DNA from: an uncultured delta proteobacterium
GTDB taxonomy: Bacteria > Bdellovibrionota > FAC87 > UBA2466
Assembly: GCA_963778115.1 (NCBI GenBank)
Contig: CAVZSV010000004.1
Location: forward strand, 992,001 to 1,056,000
Direction: 5' to 3'
Length of the DNA stretch: 64,000 nt
Position 1 is the first letter of the stretch. Every line of letters starts with the position of its first letter. Position numbers and translations under genes: made by a program. Positions 18,306-28,650 of the stretch are shown piece by piece. The notes under the pieces were generated by a model. It saw only the letters and a list, made by a program, of their open reading frames with translations. It ran no database searches and was not told the DNA's origin.

Positions 18306-18620
18306 GTTTTGCCTGGACCTGCGCGTAAGCCCCCAAACCTCAAGACTGGCAAGCAATGGCATCAAAAAACTTCTCCGATGAAGGACTTCCTTTTCTGGCT
18401 CCCGTCACTTCTTGAGCCAGACTTTTCTTTTCCCCACATTAGACTCGGCTCCTGATTTGATTACGCGCAGCCGCTAAAACCACGCCCTCTCACGAGAGCA
18501 CCGCTTAATAAATAACACTATACGTCAAGTAGTTTTCAGCTAATAAATCAACTTTTTGCCTCGATGCTTTTCGAGATCTTTCCGATAAGGTATTCGATAA
18601 CCCATGAAGGGCATGACCCC

Positions 18621-19139
18621 ATGATTCGACCACAGCGCGCCAGACTCGCCAATGCCATACTCTGCCTCTCTTTGGTATTTGTCGGGCAGTGCGCTTTTTT
18701 GGGATCCGGACCTGACATTGTTCACGCTTCAGGATACCAATTTCACGCGCCCAGCAGTTGGAAGAAAATGGAACCGGGTGAGAGTGACCACGCTTATCGT
18801 CTTCCCTCGAACGATATCGCTACCCTTACTTCATCCTGTCACGGCCATCCCGATGCTCCTTTGGAGATCTTAACGCGGCATTTGTTGTTCGGAACTCACG
18901 ATGCCAAGATCGCCGAGCAAAGGCATATTTCGGTAAACGGTATTCCAGCACTGCGGACGGAAGTTCGGGAAACTCTCGATGGAAAGGCCTTCAGTCTGAT
19001 TTTGGTCGTACTTTCTAAGAATGGCTGTGTTTTTGATTTCGACCTTCTTAGTCCGAAAACCATTGGAGATCGAGAAGATCAAGAGTTCATGAGATTTACC
19101 GAAAGTTTTTCTTTTCAGAACAAGTCACCGGAGAGATGA
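18621..19139 (+). CDS. Putative lipoprotein, PsbP/DUF1795-like fold
   Basis: Basic N-terminus, hydrophobic stretch, Cys (VGQC); FHAPSSW, VNGIPAL, GCVFDF; stop overlaps the mlaE start. Confidence 0.65.
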   Translation: MIRPQRARLANAILCLSLVFVGQCAFLGSGPDIVHASGYQFHAPSSWKKMEPGESDHAYRLPSNDIATLTSSCHGHPDAPLEILTRHLLFGTHDAKIAEQRHISVNGIPALRTEVRETLDGKAFSLILVVLSKNGCVFDFDLLSPKTIGDREDQEFMRFTESFSFQNKSPER

Positions 19140-19981
19140 AAGCGATGAATTCGGAATCAAAAATTAGACCGCATCCGGGACTAGTGCTCGAATTTGCAAA
19201 GTCAAAGGCCTCGAAATTTTTCCATGACCTGCTGGATTTCGTCGGAGGCAGCGTCAATCTCATGTATGCGACGATACTCTCGGTCTTTCGCCCGCCTTAC
19301 TACTTCGGTCTGTTCACCGAGCAATGCTACGCCTTGGGATTCAAATCACTTTCCATAGCTTTCATAACTGCGCTCTCTACCGGAATGGTCATGTCCATTC
19401 AGTTTGGATATGGACTCGAAAGATTTGGAGGAAAACTGTATGTCCCAAAAGTAGTGGGGCTGTCGGTAATGCGAGAACTGGGCCCTGTCTTAACTTGTCT
19501 GATGCTCGCGGGACGCGTGGGGGCCGGAATTGCCGCTGAAGTAGGATCCATGAAAGTAACCCAACAGATCGACGCCATTCGTGCTCTAGGAACCGATCCC
19601 CTAAAACGTATCGTCATCCCTAGAATATTAGCCATGCTTCTGATGACACCTTTACTCACTATCATGGCTGATATGGTCGGAATTTTCGGCGGAATGGTTT
19701 TGTCTTACTTCGAACTCAATATCCCCATGGATTTTTACTACCACGAAGCGGTTACCTCTTTGCAAATCAGCGACTTTACGGTTGGGGTGACCAAAACAGT
19801 ATTCTTCGGTCTGATCATTGCCGTAACCGGTTGCTATTACGGATTACAGACGGAGGGAGGCACACAGGGAGTAGGGCAAGCTACCCGCCACTCCGTCGTG
19901 ACCTCTTCGATTTTGATTACTATCTTTGATTTTATTTTGACCAAAATGTTTTGGATCTTTGAACGAGGCACGCATGGCTAA
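19136..19981 (+). CDS. mlaE: MlaE-family ABC permease
   Basis: RELGPVLT.LMLAGRVGAGIAAEVGSMKVTQQIDAIRALG.DP; GGTQGVGQAT. Confidence 0.93.
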   Translation: MKAMNSESKIRPHPGLVLEFAKSKASKFFHDLLDFVGGSVNLMYATILSVFRPPYYFGLFTEQCYALGFKSLSIAFITALSTGMVMSIQFGYGLERFGGKLYVPKVVGLSVMRELGPVLTCLMLAGRVGAGIAAEVGSMKVTQQIDAIRALGTDPLKRIVIPRILAMLLMTPLLTIMADMVGIFGGMVLSYFELNIPMDFYYHEAVTSLQISDFTVGVTKTVFFGLIIAVTGCYYGLQTEGGTQGVGQATRHSVVTSSILITIFDFILTKMFWIFERGTHG

Positions 19982-20765
19982 TAGCCGGGATAAAACTCGA
20001 GAAGAGCCACATCCTACCGCCAGCACGGGTCATGAACCCTTAATTAGGGTGGAAGGCGTCTATAAGCATTTTGGATCCAAGATCGTCCATGACGGCATTG
20101 ATCTTACGATCTTTAAGGGAGAGATTCTTACCCTCATGGGAGGGAGCGGATCAGGAAAGAGTGTCCTATTGCGTTCGCTTATTGGATTAGAAAAGCCGGA
20201 TAAAGGGAGTATCTTCTTCAAAGATACCGATATCGCGAAGCTAAATGAAGAGCAGTTAGTCGCTGTCCGAAAGAAGATTGCTTATGTATTTCAATATGGA
20301 GCCCTCTTTGATAGTTTCACGGTAGCGGAAAATTTGGCCTATCCCCTACGCGAACATACTTCTCTTAGCGAAAATGAAATCCGAGACAAAGTTTCCGAGA
20401 CCTTGGAAAAATTGGGACTTCAGGGAACACAAGAACTCTTTCCTTCTGACCTTAGCGGAGGAATGCAGCGGCGAGTGGGAGTTGCCCGCAGTATTATTAT
20501 GGACCCCGAAGTCATCCTCTACGATGAGCCCACGACAGGGCTCGATCCCTATAATACCAAACAGATTTTGAAGATCATCTTACAACTCCAATCGCAAGGA
20601 GCAACTTCCGTGTTGGTAACTCACGATATGTTCAGTATCTTTAGCGTTACCAATCGAGTCGCATTCCTAAAGAACGGAAAGATAAGAGCCATAGGCTTGG
20701 CTGAAGAGATAAAAAACACAGCCGATCCGGCAGTCAGTGGATTTATTCATGGAGAGACGCTGTAA
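19974..20765 (+). CDS. mlaF: MlaF-family ABC ATPase
   Basis: GGSGSGKS, FQYGALFDS, LSGGMQRRV, LYDEPTTGLDP, VTHD. Confidence 0.92.
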   Translation: MANSRDKTREEPHPTASTGHEPLIRVEGVYKHFGSKIVHDGIDLTIFKGEILTLMGGSGSGKSVLLRSLIGLEKPDKGSIFFKDTDIAKLNEEQLVAVRKKIAYVFQYGALFDSFTVAENLAYPLREHTSLSENEIRDKVSETLEKLGLQGTQELFPSDLSGGMQRRVGVARSIIMDPEVILYDEPTTGLDPYNTKQILKIILQLQSQGATSVLVTHDMFSIFSVTNRVAFLKNGKIRAIGLAEEIKNTADPAVSGFIHGETL

Positions 20766-21559
20766 TGGATAAGCGGATTACAACTAATGTCGTGGTGGGA
20801 GCCTTCGTGCTCATTGGCTTCGGCCTTTTTCTTTTCCTCATAATGACAGTCGGAGGAGGAACTGGCCTTTTCACCTCTCGCCTGGAACTTTTCGGGCGAT
20901 TTTCCCATGTGAAAGGGCTTCATGCAGGTTCGGAAGTTTCGTTATCTGGTTTGCGGGTCGGAACGGTCAAAAAAATTGAAATCGCCAACGACGGAAGCAA
21001 AGATCTCATCGTGGATCTGATGATTAACAAAGAGGTAGCAGATAAATTGCGAAAGGATTCTATCGCGAAGGTGGCCACACAAGGCGTTTTGGGTGACAAG
21101 TATGTGGAGCTCACGATAGGAAGCAACAACGAGGCACCCCTTAATAACGGAGACTTTATTCATACCGAAGAGGTCGAGGACCTTTTCACAAAAAGCGGTG
21201 GGTTAGTCGACGATATCTCACGACAGTTCATGAAGGGAGGCGATTTCGATGCCCTTGTGAAAAACCTGAACAAAACGGCGGCCAATCTTGCCTCTCTTAC
21301 GGAAGAAGCAAAAGCGGGAAAGGGGCTGCTTGCCGAATCCCTCCGTGGTGATTCGGGAGCTAAGCTTAATCGATCTCTCGGCCACGTTGAAAGTATCTTA
21401 GGAAAAATAGACCGCGGGGAAGGCACCTTGGGCGGGCTTATCAACGATCCTACCGTTTACGAAGATCTCAAAAGTATTATGGGCGGGGCAAAGCGCAGTT
21501 CTATTTTGCAGTACTTCATGCGCCAGTTTAAAGACTCCGGAGATAAAACTAAGCGTTAA
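20765..21559 (+). CDS. mlaD: MlaD/MCE-family protein
   Basis: N-terminal [34 protein letters not shown]. Confidence 0.9.
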   Translation: MDKRITTNVVVGAFVLIGFGLFLFLIMTVGGGTGLFTSRLELFGRFSHVKGLHAGSEVSLSGLRVGTVKKIEIANDGSKDLIVDLMINKEVADKLRKDSIAKVATQGVLGDKYVELTIGSNNEAPLNNGDFIHTEEVEDLFTKSGGLVDDISRQFMKGGDFDALVKNLNKTAANLASLTEEAKAGKGLLAESLRGDSGAKLNRSLGHVESILGKIDRGEGTLGGLINDPTVYEDLKSIMGGAKRSSILQYFMRQFKDSGDKTKR

Positions 21560-22909
21560 CTCGCAACCGCTTACGTTTTAATTTCTCTACCAAAGTAGTG
21601 CGATTAAGTCCCAATAACGTGGCAGCTTTGTTCTTATTTCCCGCCGTTCGTTGTAACGCTTGCAGGATTAATTCATTTTCAAATTCATTAACGGCGTCGT
21701 TAAAATCCAATCCATCCTCCGGCAGCGAAACGCTGGCTACAAACCTATCTAGACGGACTGTCCGAAAGTAATCCACGGGGAAGTCTTTCAGTTCAATACT
21801 CCCCTCCCCTTTTTTTAAGACAACAACGCGCTCAATGAGGTTTTCGAGCTCTCGAATATTTCCCGGCCAATGGTATTCCATTAAACACCGCATCGCCTCT
21901 TCCGTAATACCGGAAATATTTTTGGAGTTGAGACGGCAGAATCTTTCGAGGAAAGTTCGTACCAATAAAGGAATATCAGACCGGCGACTCCGAAGAGGCG
22001 GAATAAAGATCGGAATGACGTTCAGACGATAGTAAAGATCTTCGCGAAATCGCCGTTCCGCGACGGCAACTTCGAGGTCCTGATTCGAAGCGGCGATGAT
22101 CCTTGCTTCTAATTTGATACTAGAAGCGCTTCCCACGGGTTCAAACACCTTATTTTGAATAGCTCGAAGTATTTTCGCTTGAAGATCGAGCGGAAGATCA
22201 CTGATTTCATCTAGGAATAACGTTCCTTCGCGCGCTAGTTGAAACCGGCCGATTCTGTTCTGAGTGGCTCCCGTAAAAGCGCCCTTCATGTGACCAAATA
22301 ATTCGCTTTCCAATAGATTCGTAGGGATCGCGCCACAGTTCACCGCAACCCAAGGTTGCTTTTGACGAGGGCTTAGCGCATGGATGGCTGCCGCTACCAC
22401 CTCTTTTCCGGTTCCACTCTCGCCGGTTATGAGCACTGTGGAATCGCTGTTGCGAATGCTCATGATGAGTTGGAAGATCTCAAGATCTTAGGATGCCTCC
22501 CCACGAACTGAGGGAAAGGAAACTCGATACTTCCTTCCTCCACGGGATCCACGACGATGCGGGAGAGGGTATCGGTAAGGACCTCGGCGAGGCCACTAAG
22601 CTCCGTTTGCCGGTGCCAAAAATTTGACGCTCCCGCCCTCATCACTCCCACCACAATAGCAGCGTCAGCTCGATCGCTTAGCACCACTATGGAAGTGGCC
22701 GCGCGATCCTTCTTAAGACGATAGATCTCTTCGATCTTGTCCACGGATTCAATCGGCCAAAGGCACAGATGAAAGTATTGCTTGCGAAGGAGATCTCTGG
22801 CGGTTTCAAGATCCGTTGCCGTCACGACCCATAAATGCATCGACGACAAAAGATCCTTATATCTTTCCGCACGAAGGCCATCGCGATCGTACACCAATAC
22901 GCGCGTCAT
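21549..22909 (-). CDS. FleQ/FlrA-like sigma-54 activator with degenerate receiver, split by a 1-bp frameshift near 22480
   Basis: The 22460..22909 receiver-like ORF ends ...FVGRHPKIL and continues in another frame as [33 protein letters not shown] is intact. HTH ends [12 protein letters not shown]. Confidence 0.85.
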
Positions 22910-23029
22910 TGGTCTCCCTTGTTAGCAAGCCCACTTTTCTAGTTTCAGAAAAGCTTCAGAAATCTAATTTGTTTCCGGGAATTAAGAAATGAGGGGCAAC
23001 ACAATTAGTTTATGATTACTGCGCTAAAT

Positions 23030-23045
23030 TGTCAATGAATTGACA
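23030..23045. promoter_or_regulatory. FleQ-box-like palindrome
   Basis: TGTCAAT-GA-ATTGACA, perfect 7-bp arms, about 120 bp upstream of the FleQ-like gene. Confidence 0.6.
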
Positions 23046-23080
23046 GGCTAGATCGACGACAAAGCCGGTTTCGCGTAGAG

Positions 23081-25021
23081 TCAAGCGACTCGATTAACCT
23101 GCTTAGGTTGGGTCACTTCGAAAATCTTTTTCTCTACGAATAACTCGTAAAGTACCGGATCTAATTTACCTTCAGCTACTTCTTGGGCAAGAATTTGAAC
23201 CGCCTTTTCCGTGGGAACCGCCTCTTTATACCAACGGTCCGCCGCCGTAAGGGCATCAAAAATATCGGCGATCGTCATTATTTTGGACTGCAATGGGATT
23301 TCGTGCGACGTCAGCCCTCGAGGATAACCGGAACCGTCCAACTTTTCGTGATGGCCGTAGGCTATCTCAGGCAGATGCTTAAAATCCTTGGTCCACGGAA
23401 TCATTTTTAGAAATTGATACGTATGGCGCACGTGAGATTCGATCTCAAGCCGTTCATTTTCAGTGAGCGAACCTCGGGTGACGGCCAGAGCTTTATATTC
23501 TTCTTCGGCGAGCAGTGCTATCTTCTGGCCATCGGGAAGCAGTAGTTGTTCGTTTCTAATTCTCTCAAGTGCTTCCATATTCTCTTTTTTCAAAACGGCA
23601 GGCTCATTCGCCGCCAAAATAATCTGCCAGTAGATATCTATCTCCTGCAGCTTCTGCGTGTACTCTTTTTCGGCCGATTCGTTTCCGCTTCCCAAAAGTC
23701 GCTTTTCTAAATAAGTAATTTTTGCTGCCGCTTTGCAAACTTTGATTCGTTCCTTGATTCCATCGAGCTGCCAGCCGTAAAGTTTTTTTGCCTTTACCAG
23801 GACCTCTTCACGAACACCAATCTTGCCGAAGTCGTGCAGAAGGGCTGCATACTCCAGCTCTCGAATCTCTTCTTCTTTGAAGCGGACCGATCGATAAATT
23901 CCGACCTCACATTCCGTTGTCGCCCTTGCAAGAGCCACTGAAATTTTTGCCACTCGTTCAGAATGACCACCCGTGCTGGGATCCCTAGATTCGATGGCGG
24001 TAATGGAAGCCCTTACAAAGCCTTCGAACAGTCTTTGAATATCGGCATACAGATCAACGTTCTCTAGGCAGATTGCCGATTGAGTGGCAAAGGACGCCAA
24101 CAAACTGTTATCCTCTTCGTCAAATTGTGTACTTTGAGAATTTCCGTGAATTCCGACGATATTGGAGCGCTTGTTAGTCAGCTGCAAAATAGCTACGATT
24201 TCGTTTCGACTGTTTTTAAAGGGAATGGTCAACATCGAGCGGGTATGGTCCTCTTTAAAATGGTCCATTCCTCGTTGGAGTTGCGGAAGGGTTAACGGGC
24301 GGAGATCGTTAACATCGAGAATATTAAGGGGCTTACCGGTAAGGGCCACATAGCCGCAAATGCTCGCTTCGGACACCCTTATATTTAAAGGCTTCACCTT
24401 AACTTCGCTGACACTCTCGGCGATAATTCTTAAGCGAAAACTTAATTCGCCGTCATTCTCCTGAATCATGTAAAGCGTGCCGCTTTCGGCCGAGACCAAC
24501 TCCATGGCTTTTACTAAAATGGTTGCCAACAACCTTTCGGGCTCTCGCTCCGCCGAAAGGGCGATGAAGGTTTCATTGAGTTTCTGCAAAGTCTTTTGAT
24601 TGACTCTTTGGCCCCCGCGCTCGTCCGCTCTAAAAAGAAGTCGGGTGACTCGCAGCAAGAAAAGATCGGTCTGTTTTCGAAATTCTTTTTCAGGGACTAC
24701 ATCTAGAAGTTCTGGAAGGTCGTAGGAGGAGCGGAGCAGAGCTTCAGGGTTACTACTCACCACGATAACACCCAAATGGGGCACTACATTGGCTCCGGAG
24801 TGTTTCCTCAGAGCCTCGAGCGTCGGTGTAAAATCGTTCTCGCTCACGACAAGTAGACGTCTTAACGAACCGGGCTGATTTTGAAACGCTTTACAGACAG
24901 CTTCGTCATCGATAGCCGTTATCGAGTGCCAACTGTTTGGAATAATAAGCTTACGTGTCAAGGAACCTTCCCTGACAATTACAAGGGCTTGATGCGTCAT
25001 GTCGTGAGATGGACTAGGCAT
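23081..25021 (-). CDS. GAF + HD-GYP cyclic-dinucleotide phosphodiesterase
   Basis: GAF (ICGYVALTG.PLNI.D, RSMLTIP, LQLTNK); HSERV, HDFGKIG, HHEKLDGSGYPRGL, ADIFDALT. Confidence 0.93.
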   Translation of the reverse strand: MPSPSHDMTHQALVIVREGSLTRKLIIPNSWHSITAIDDEAVCKAFQNQPGSLRRLLVVSENDFTPTLEALRKHSGANVVPHLGVIVVSSNPEALLRSSYDLPELLDVVPEKEFRKQTDLFLLRVTRLLFRADERGGQRVNQKTLQKLNETFIALSAEREPERLLATILVKAMELVSAESGTLYMIQENDGELSFRLRIIAESVSEVKVKPLNIRVSEASICGYVALTGKPLNILDVNDLRPLTLPQLQRGMDHFKEDHTRSMLTIPFKNSRNEIVAILQLTNKRSNIVGIHGNSQSTQFDEEDNSLLASFATQSAICLENVDLYADIQRLFEGFVRASITAIESRDPSTGGHSERVAKISVALARATTECEVGIYRSVRFKEEEIRELEYAALLHDFGKIGVREEVLVKAKKLYGWQLDGIKERIKVCKAAAKITYLEKRLLGSGNESAEKEYTQKLQEIDIYWQIILAANEPAVLKKENMEALERIRNEQLLLPDGQKIALLAEEEYKALAVTRGSLTENERLEIESHVRHTYQFLKMIPWTKDFKHLPEIAYGHHEKLDGSGYPRGLTSHEIPLQSKIMTIADIFDALTAADRWYKEAVPTEKAVQILAQEVAEGKLDPVLYELFVEKKIFEVTQPKQVNRVA

Positions 25022-25068
25022 AGATGGACCTAGTCTCCGTATCGGCAGAAGATTGTGGCGAGATTAGA

Positions 25069-25581
25069 TTATTTTGAGAACGATTCTAACCAGGAAACGA
25101 CGTCTGCCGGAGGGGTAGCACTCTTAGCATCAATCCCCAACGAACCCAGCGCCTGTAAAGGAGCAATGGTTTCCCGTTTGTGCTTGATTGCCGATCGGAC
25201 TAAAGCACGGCAAGCGAGCTTTCCGTGACTTACGATCTCATGATAAAAATAGAACCACTTCTCTTCCACCCGAACGATTTGAGCACTTACCGTAAAGGGC
25301 TGAAACACTTTGAGCGGCCTAAAATACTGCACCTCTTGCCTGGCGATGGGAGCGAACCAACCGTTTTTGACCGCTAGGGAGAGTATCCCTGTTCTGACAC
25401 TAAACGCCCAGCGCATCGCCTCCATGTAATTGAGAAAGACCGCATTATTCATATGCAAGTTCTGATCGAGATCGATAGGCAGCACCCTGAATGTTTCCGC
25501 TAGGGGCTTGGAAAGATCGATAATCTTTGATCTAAGTGTCGAGACCGCCATCATTTGGGCGGTGCGTAAAAACAGTGTCAT
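25069..25581 (-). CDS. Hotdog-fold acyl-CoA thioesterase
   Basis: FRVLPIDLDQNLHMNNAVFL, YFRPLKVFQPF. Confidence 0.85.
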   Translation of the reverse strand: MTLFLRTAQMMAVSTLRSKIIDLSKPLAETFRVLPIDLDQNLHMNNAVFLNYMEAMRWAFSVRTGILSLAVKNGWFAPIARQEVQYFRPLKVFQPFTVSAQIVRVEEKWFYFYHEIVSHGKLACRALVRSAIKHKRETIAPLQALGSLGIDAKSATPPADVVSWLESFSK

Positions 25582-25624
25582 GGGGAGGCAATATCATAGG
25601 CTTAGAAAAGCGCGGTAGAAAAAA

Positions 25625-25757
25625 ATGTTATTGCGAGGAGCCCGAAGGGCGACGGGAAAGCCTATAGATCATAATCAGCACGGACGACCGAGATCCACTC
25701 CTCGTCCAGGTTGCTTCGTCGAGTCGCTTCGCTCCTGCTCCATATACGCAATGACAT
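25625..25757. repeat. Palindromic REP/MITE-like element (GTCATTGCGAG...CGCAATGAC type)
   Basis: Terminal IR ATGTTATTGCG / CGCAATGACAT; internal GAGGAGCCCGAAGGGCGACG and TTGCTTCGTCG..TCGCTTCGCTCCT. Confidence 0.7.
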
Positions 25758-25776
25758 ACTTGCAGGGCACCGGTTC

Positions 25777-26532
25777 CTACAACGCATTTGTAGCCCCGCC
25801 ATCCACTAAGATCTCCGTCCCAGTGATATAGGTATTCGCCCCCGAAACCAGAAACGCTCCCACGCGTCCTAACTCTTCGGGCTCGGCAACACGACCCAAG
25901 GCGCTGCGCTGGGCCATGGATTCATAAAAATCTGGACTCTCTTTCGCCAAATGGGCTAGCCTTTCGGTCTTAGTGGGGCCCGGCAAAATGTTGTTCACTA
26001 AAATTCCCGAACGTCCAACTTCCTTAGATAACGTTTTTACCCAAGACGTAAGGCCCGCACGGAAAACCCCACTTACGGGAAGCGCTGGAATAATCTCTCT
26101 TGCGGAAGTCGACGTTACCGTCAAGATACGTCCCCAGCTGCGTTCTTTCATCTGTGGGATGACAAGTTGAGTTAGCAAAATGACACTTCTTATTAGGCTC
26201 GTGTATCCTTTATCCCAAGCTTCGAGCGGAATTTCGAGTGCTTTGCCCGCTTGCGGTCCGCCCACGTTGTTAATCAAAATGTCTATCTTCTGGGAAAGTC
26301 CCTGAACCGCGTCTCGAATCGATTTTTCCTTTTCGAGATCCATTACGACTCCACTTGCTTTGCCGCCCAGAGATCTCAGCTTTCCCACTGCTATCTCAAT
26401 ATTTTCTTGGTTACGACTGGCAATGATGACACTCGCCCCCTCTTTCACTAACTCGGTCGCGATCGCAAATCCGATCCCCGTACTTCCCCCAGTTACCAGA
26501 GCCACTTTGTCCTTCAATTTTAGATCCATCAT
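25777..26532 (-). CDS. Short-chain dehydrogenase/reductase
   Basis: TGGSTGIG, DILINNVGGP, WGRI, VNNILPG, VDGG; atypical active site (SGVFR instead of YxxxK). Confidence 0.9.
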   Translation of the reverse strand: MMDLKLKDKVALVTGGSTGIGFAIATELVKEGASVIIASRNQENIEIAVGKLRSLGGKASGVVMDLEKEKSIRDAVQGLSQKIDILINNVGGPQAGKALEIPLEAWDKGYTSLIRSVILLTQLVIPQMKERSWGRILTVTSTSAREIIPALPVSGVFRAGLTSWVKTLSKEVGRSGILVNNILPGPTKTERLAHLAKESPDFYESMAQRSALGRVAEPEELGRVGAFLVSGANTYITGTEILVDGGATNAL

Positions 26533-28649
26533 CCACCTCGTAAACGCTGAATTTTCTCTTTCCAGCGACTTTCCACCATCTCACGCAAGGCTTGATGCTC
26601 AGGGGCCTCAAGCTTTGGGTCGCGCTCTAATATAGTCTCGGCTTCAATCTTGGCAAGTAACAGCAACTCTGAGTCTTTCAGGAGGTGCCCCACACGGAAT
26701 CCCGGAAGTCCCGATTGCCGGGTTCCCAAAAACTCTCCAGGTCCTCGTATCTTCAAATCTTCTTCGGCAATCTCAAAACCGTCTTCAGTCCTTTCCATAA
26801 CCTTAAGTCGGGCGCCTATTGCGCCATCGGCGATAAGCAAACATTCGCTGTTTTTCTCTCCTCGACCCACACGTCCGCGAAGTTGGTGTAGCTGAGAGAG
26901 TCCTAGCCTCTCCGGATGCTCGATAACCATTAACGTCGCATTAGGAACATCGATGCCGACTTCGATAACCGTCGTCGAGATAAGAATCTGAAGTCTTCCC
27001 TCTTTAAACTCTCTTAGCACACTCTCTTTTTCTTCCGACTTCATGCGACCGTGAAGCAATCCCACTTTGAACATGGGGAAGACTTCTTTACTAAGACGCG
27101 CGTGCATTTCCGTTGCCGATTTCAAATCGAGCTTTTCCGACGTTTCCACCAGCGGATAGATGATATAGACCTGCTCTGCTCGAGTGACGGTACTTCGAAT
27201 GCGGCTGTAAAGTTGGGGGCGATGGCACTCGCGCAGAATTCGAGTCGAAATCGGTTTCCTGCCGATGGGCTTTTCTTTCACCAAAGTAAGATCGAGATCC
27301 CCGTATAATGTTAGCGCCAACGTTCGTGGAATGGGCGTAGCGGTCATCATAAGAAGATGCGGGGTCCGGACGTTGGGCCCCTTTTTAAGAAGCTGATTTC
27401 TCTGTTCCACCCCAAAGCGGTGCTGTTCGTCGACCACGACTAAGCCTAACTCTCGGAACTCCACTTTCTCCTGAAAGATAGCGTGAGTTCCCACGACGAG
27501 ATCCACCTCCCCCTTTGCGATCTGACTTACCACTTTAGCTTTCTCGGCAACTGCTTGAGACAATAGCACCACCCTTATCCCTAAAGGCCGTAACCATAGA
27601 CAAGCCGTCTTGTAATGCTGAAGGGCCAAAACCTCAGTAGGCGCCAAAAGTGCCGTTTGGCTACCTGAAGCCGCGGCGACTACACATCCCGCCAGTGCCA
27701 CGACGGTTTTTCCAGAGCCTACGTCTCCTTGAATAAGACGAACCATGGCCTGATCTTTACTTAAATCCTTCACGACCTCACAGAGTGCTCGCTGTTGATC
27801 TCCGGTGAGCGAAAAGGGAAGAGCCTTTAAAAAACTCTCTAGCTTTGCTGTGTCGTTAAGTGGTTTGGCAACAACCTGCTGGTGCTTCTGTTTTCTTAAC
27901 CCCAATCCCAATTGCAGGACAAAAAACTCCTCAAAAATGATTCTCTTAATCGCGGGCGAATACCCTTGGGAATCGGGGATCTCAGGAGGAAAGTGCACTC
28001 TGATAAAGCTATCGCGAAGGCTAGGGACTTGAAGGCGATTTCGAAGTGCGATAGGCAACGGATCGGTCAATTGATCTAGCGATCGCTTTAATGCCGCAGC
28101 CACGATCTTACGGATCACTTTCTGAGTGAGCCCCTCAGTCTCACTGTAAAGAGGAACGATGCGGCCGAAGTTCGCGGATTTGGGAAGGCTCCCCTGCTGA
28201 TCTTGAGTTATCGCTTCATAATCTGGGTGAGTAATTGAGGGGAGTCCGCCGAAGTACTTCACCTCTCCACAAATTAAGAACCACTGGCCACGCACGAAAT
28301 CTTTTTCGAGATAGGGAGATCCATGAAACCACACTAGCATCACAGTCCCAGTACCGTCGGAGAGATGGACCTGAAAACGGCTGCGTCTCCCTCGGCGAGT
28401 ATTGACTACATTGGTGACACGGCCTTTAAGGGTAGCACTCTCGTTAAACTTTAACTGGTTGATGGGGGTAAGCTTGCTTCGATCTTCGTAATCTCTAGGA
28501 ATAAAGTAAAGGGCATCTTCAATGGTATCGACCCCCTTTTTGGAAAAGAGCTGCGCTAGTTTGGGACCCACCCCGTGAATTTCGCGCAAGGGGGCGTATA
28601 TCCCTTGTTTGGCATTCCCGACACCCCCGTTGTCTTTTTGTGAGTCCAA
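26529..28649 (-). CDS. recG: ATP-dependent DNA helicase RecG
   Basis: GVGP, QGDVGSGKT, DEQHRFG, MTATPIPRTL, QLRGRVGRG; TTG start just after the greA stop. Confidence 0.95.
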   Translation of the reverse strand: MDSQKDNGGVGNAKQGIYAPLREIHGVGPKLAQLFSKKGVDTIEDALYFIPRDYEDRSKLTPINQLKFNESATLKGRVTNVVNTRRGRRSRFQVHLSDGTGTVMLVWFHGSPYLEKDFVRGQWFLICGEVKYFGGLPSITHPDYEAITQDQQGSLPKSANFGRIVPLYSETEGLTQKVIRKIVAAALKRSLDQLTDPLPIALRNRLQVPSLRDSFIRVHFPPEIPDSQGYSPAIKRIIFEEFFVLQLGLGLRKQKHQQVVAKPLNDTAKLESFLKALPFSLTGDQQRALCEVVKDLSKDQAMVRLIQGDVGSGKTVVALAGCVVAAASGSQTALLAPTEVLALQHYKTACLWLRPLGIRVVLLSQAVAEKAKVVSQIAKGEVDLVVGTHAIFQEKVEFRELGLVVVDEQHRFGVEQRNQLLKKGPNVRTPHLLMMTATPIPRTLALTLYGDLDLTLVKEKPIGRKPISTRILRECHRPQLYSRIRSTVTRAEQVYIIYPLVETSEKLDLKSATEMHARLSKEVFPMFKVGLLHGRMKSEEKESVLREFKEGRLQILISTTVIEVGIDVPNATLMVIEHPERLGLSQLHQLRGRVGRGEKNSECLLIADGAIGARLKVMERTEDGFEIAEEDLKIRGPGEFLGTRQSGLPGFRVGHLLKDSELLLLAKIEAETILERDPKLEAPEHQALREMVESRWKEKIQRLRGG

Positions 28650-28650
28650 T

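Noticed and set aside
18180..18450. RNase P, 6S, SRP, tmRNA or c-di-GMP riboswitch
   Set aside because: Hallmark motifs were not found; only a partial AGGAAGTCC resemblance to RNase P.
18189..18455. 88-aa plus-strand ORF with VHVHGHV
   Set aside because: The motif derives from the hexamer hairpin repeat, with no recognisable domain; kept only as part of the intergenic finding.
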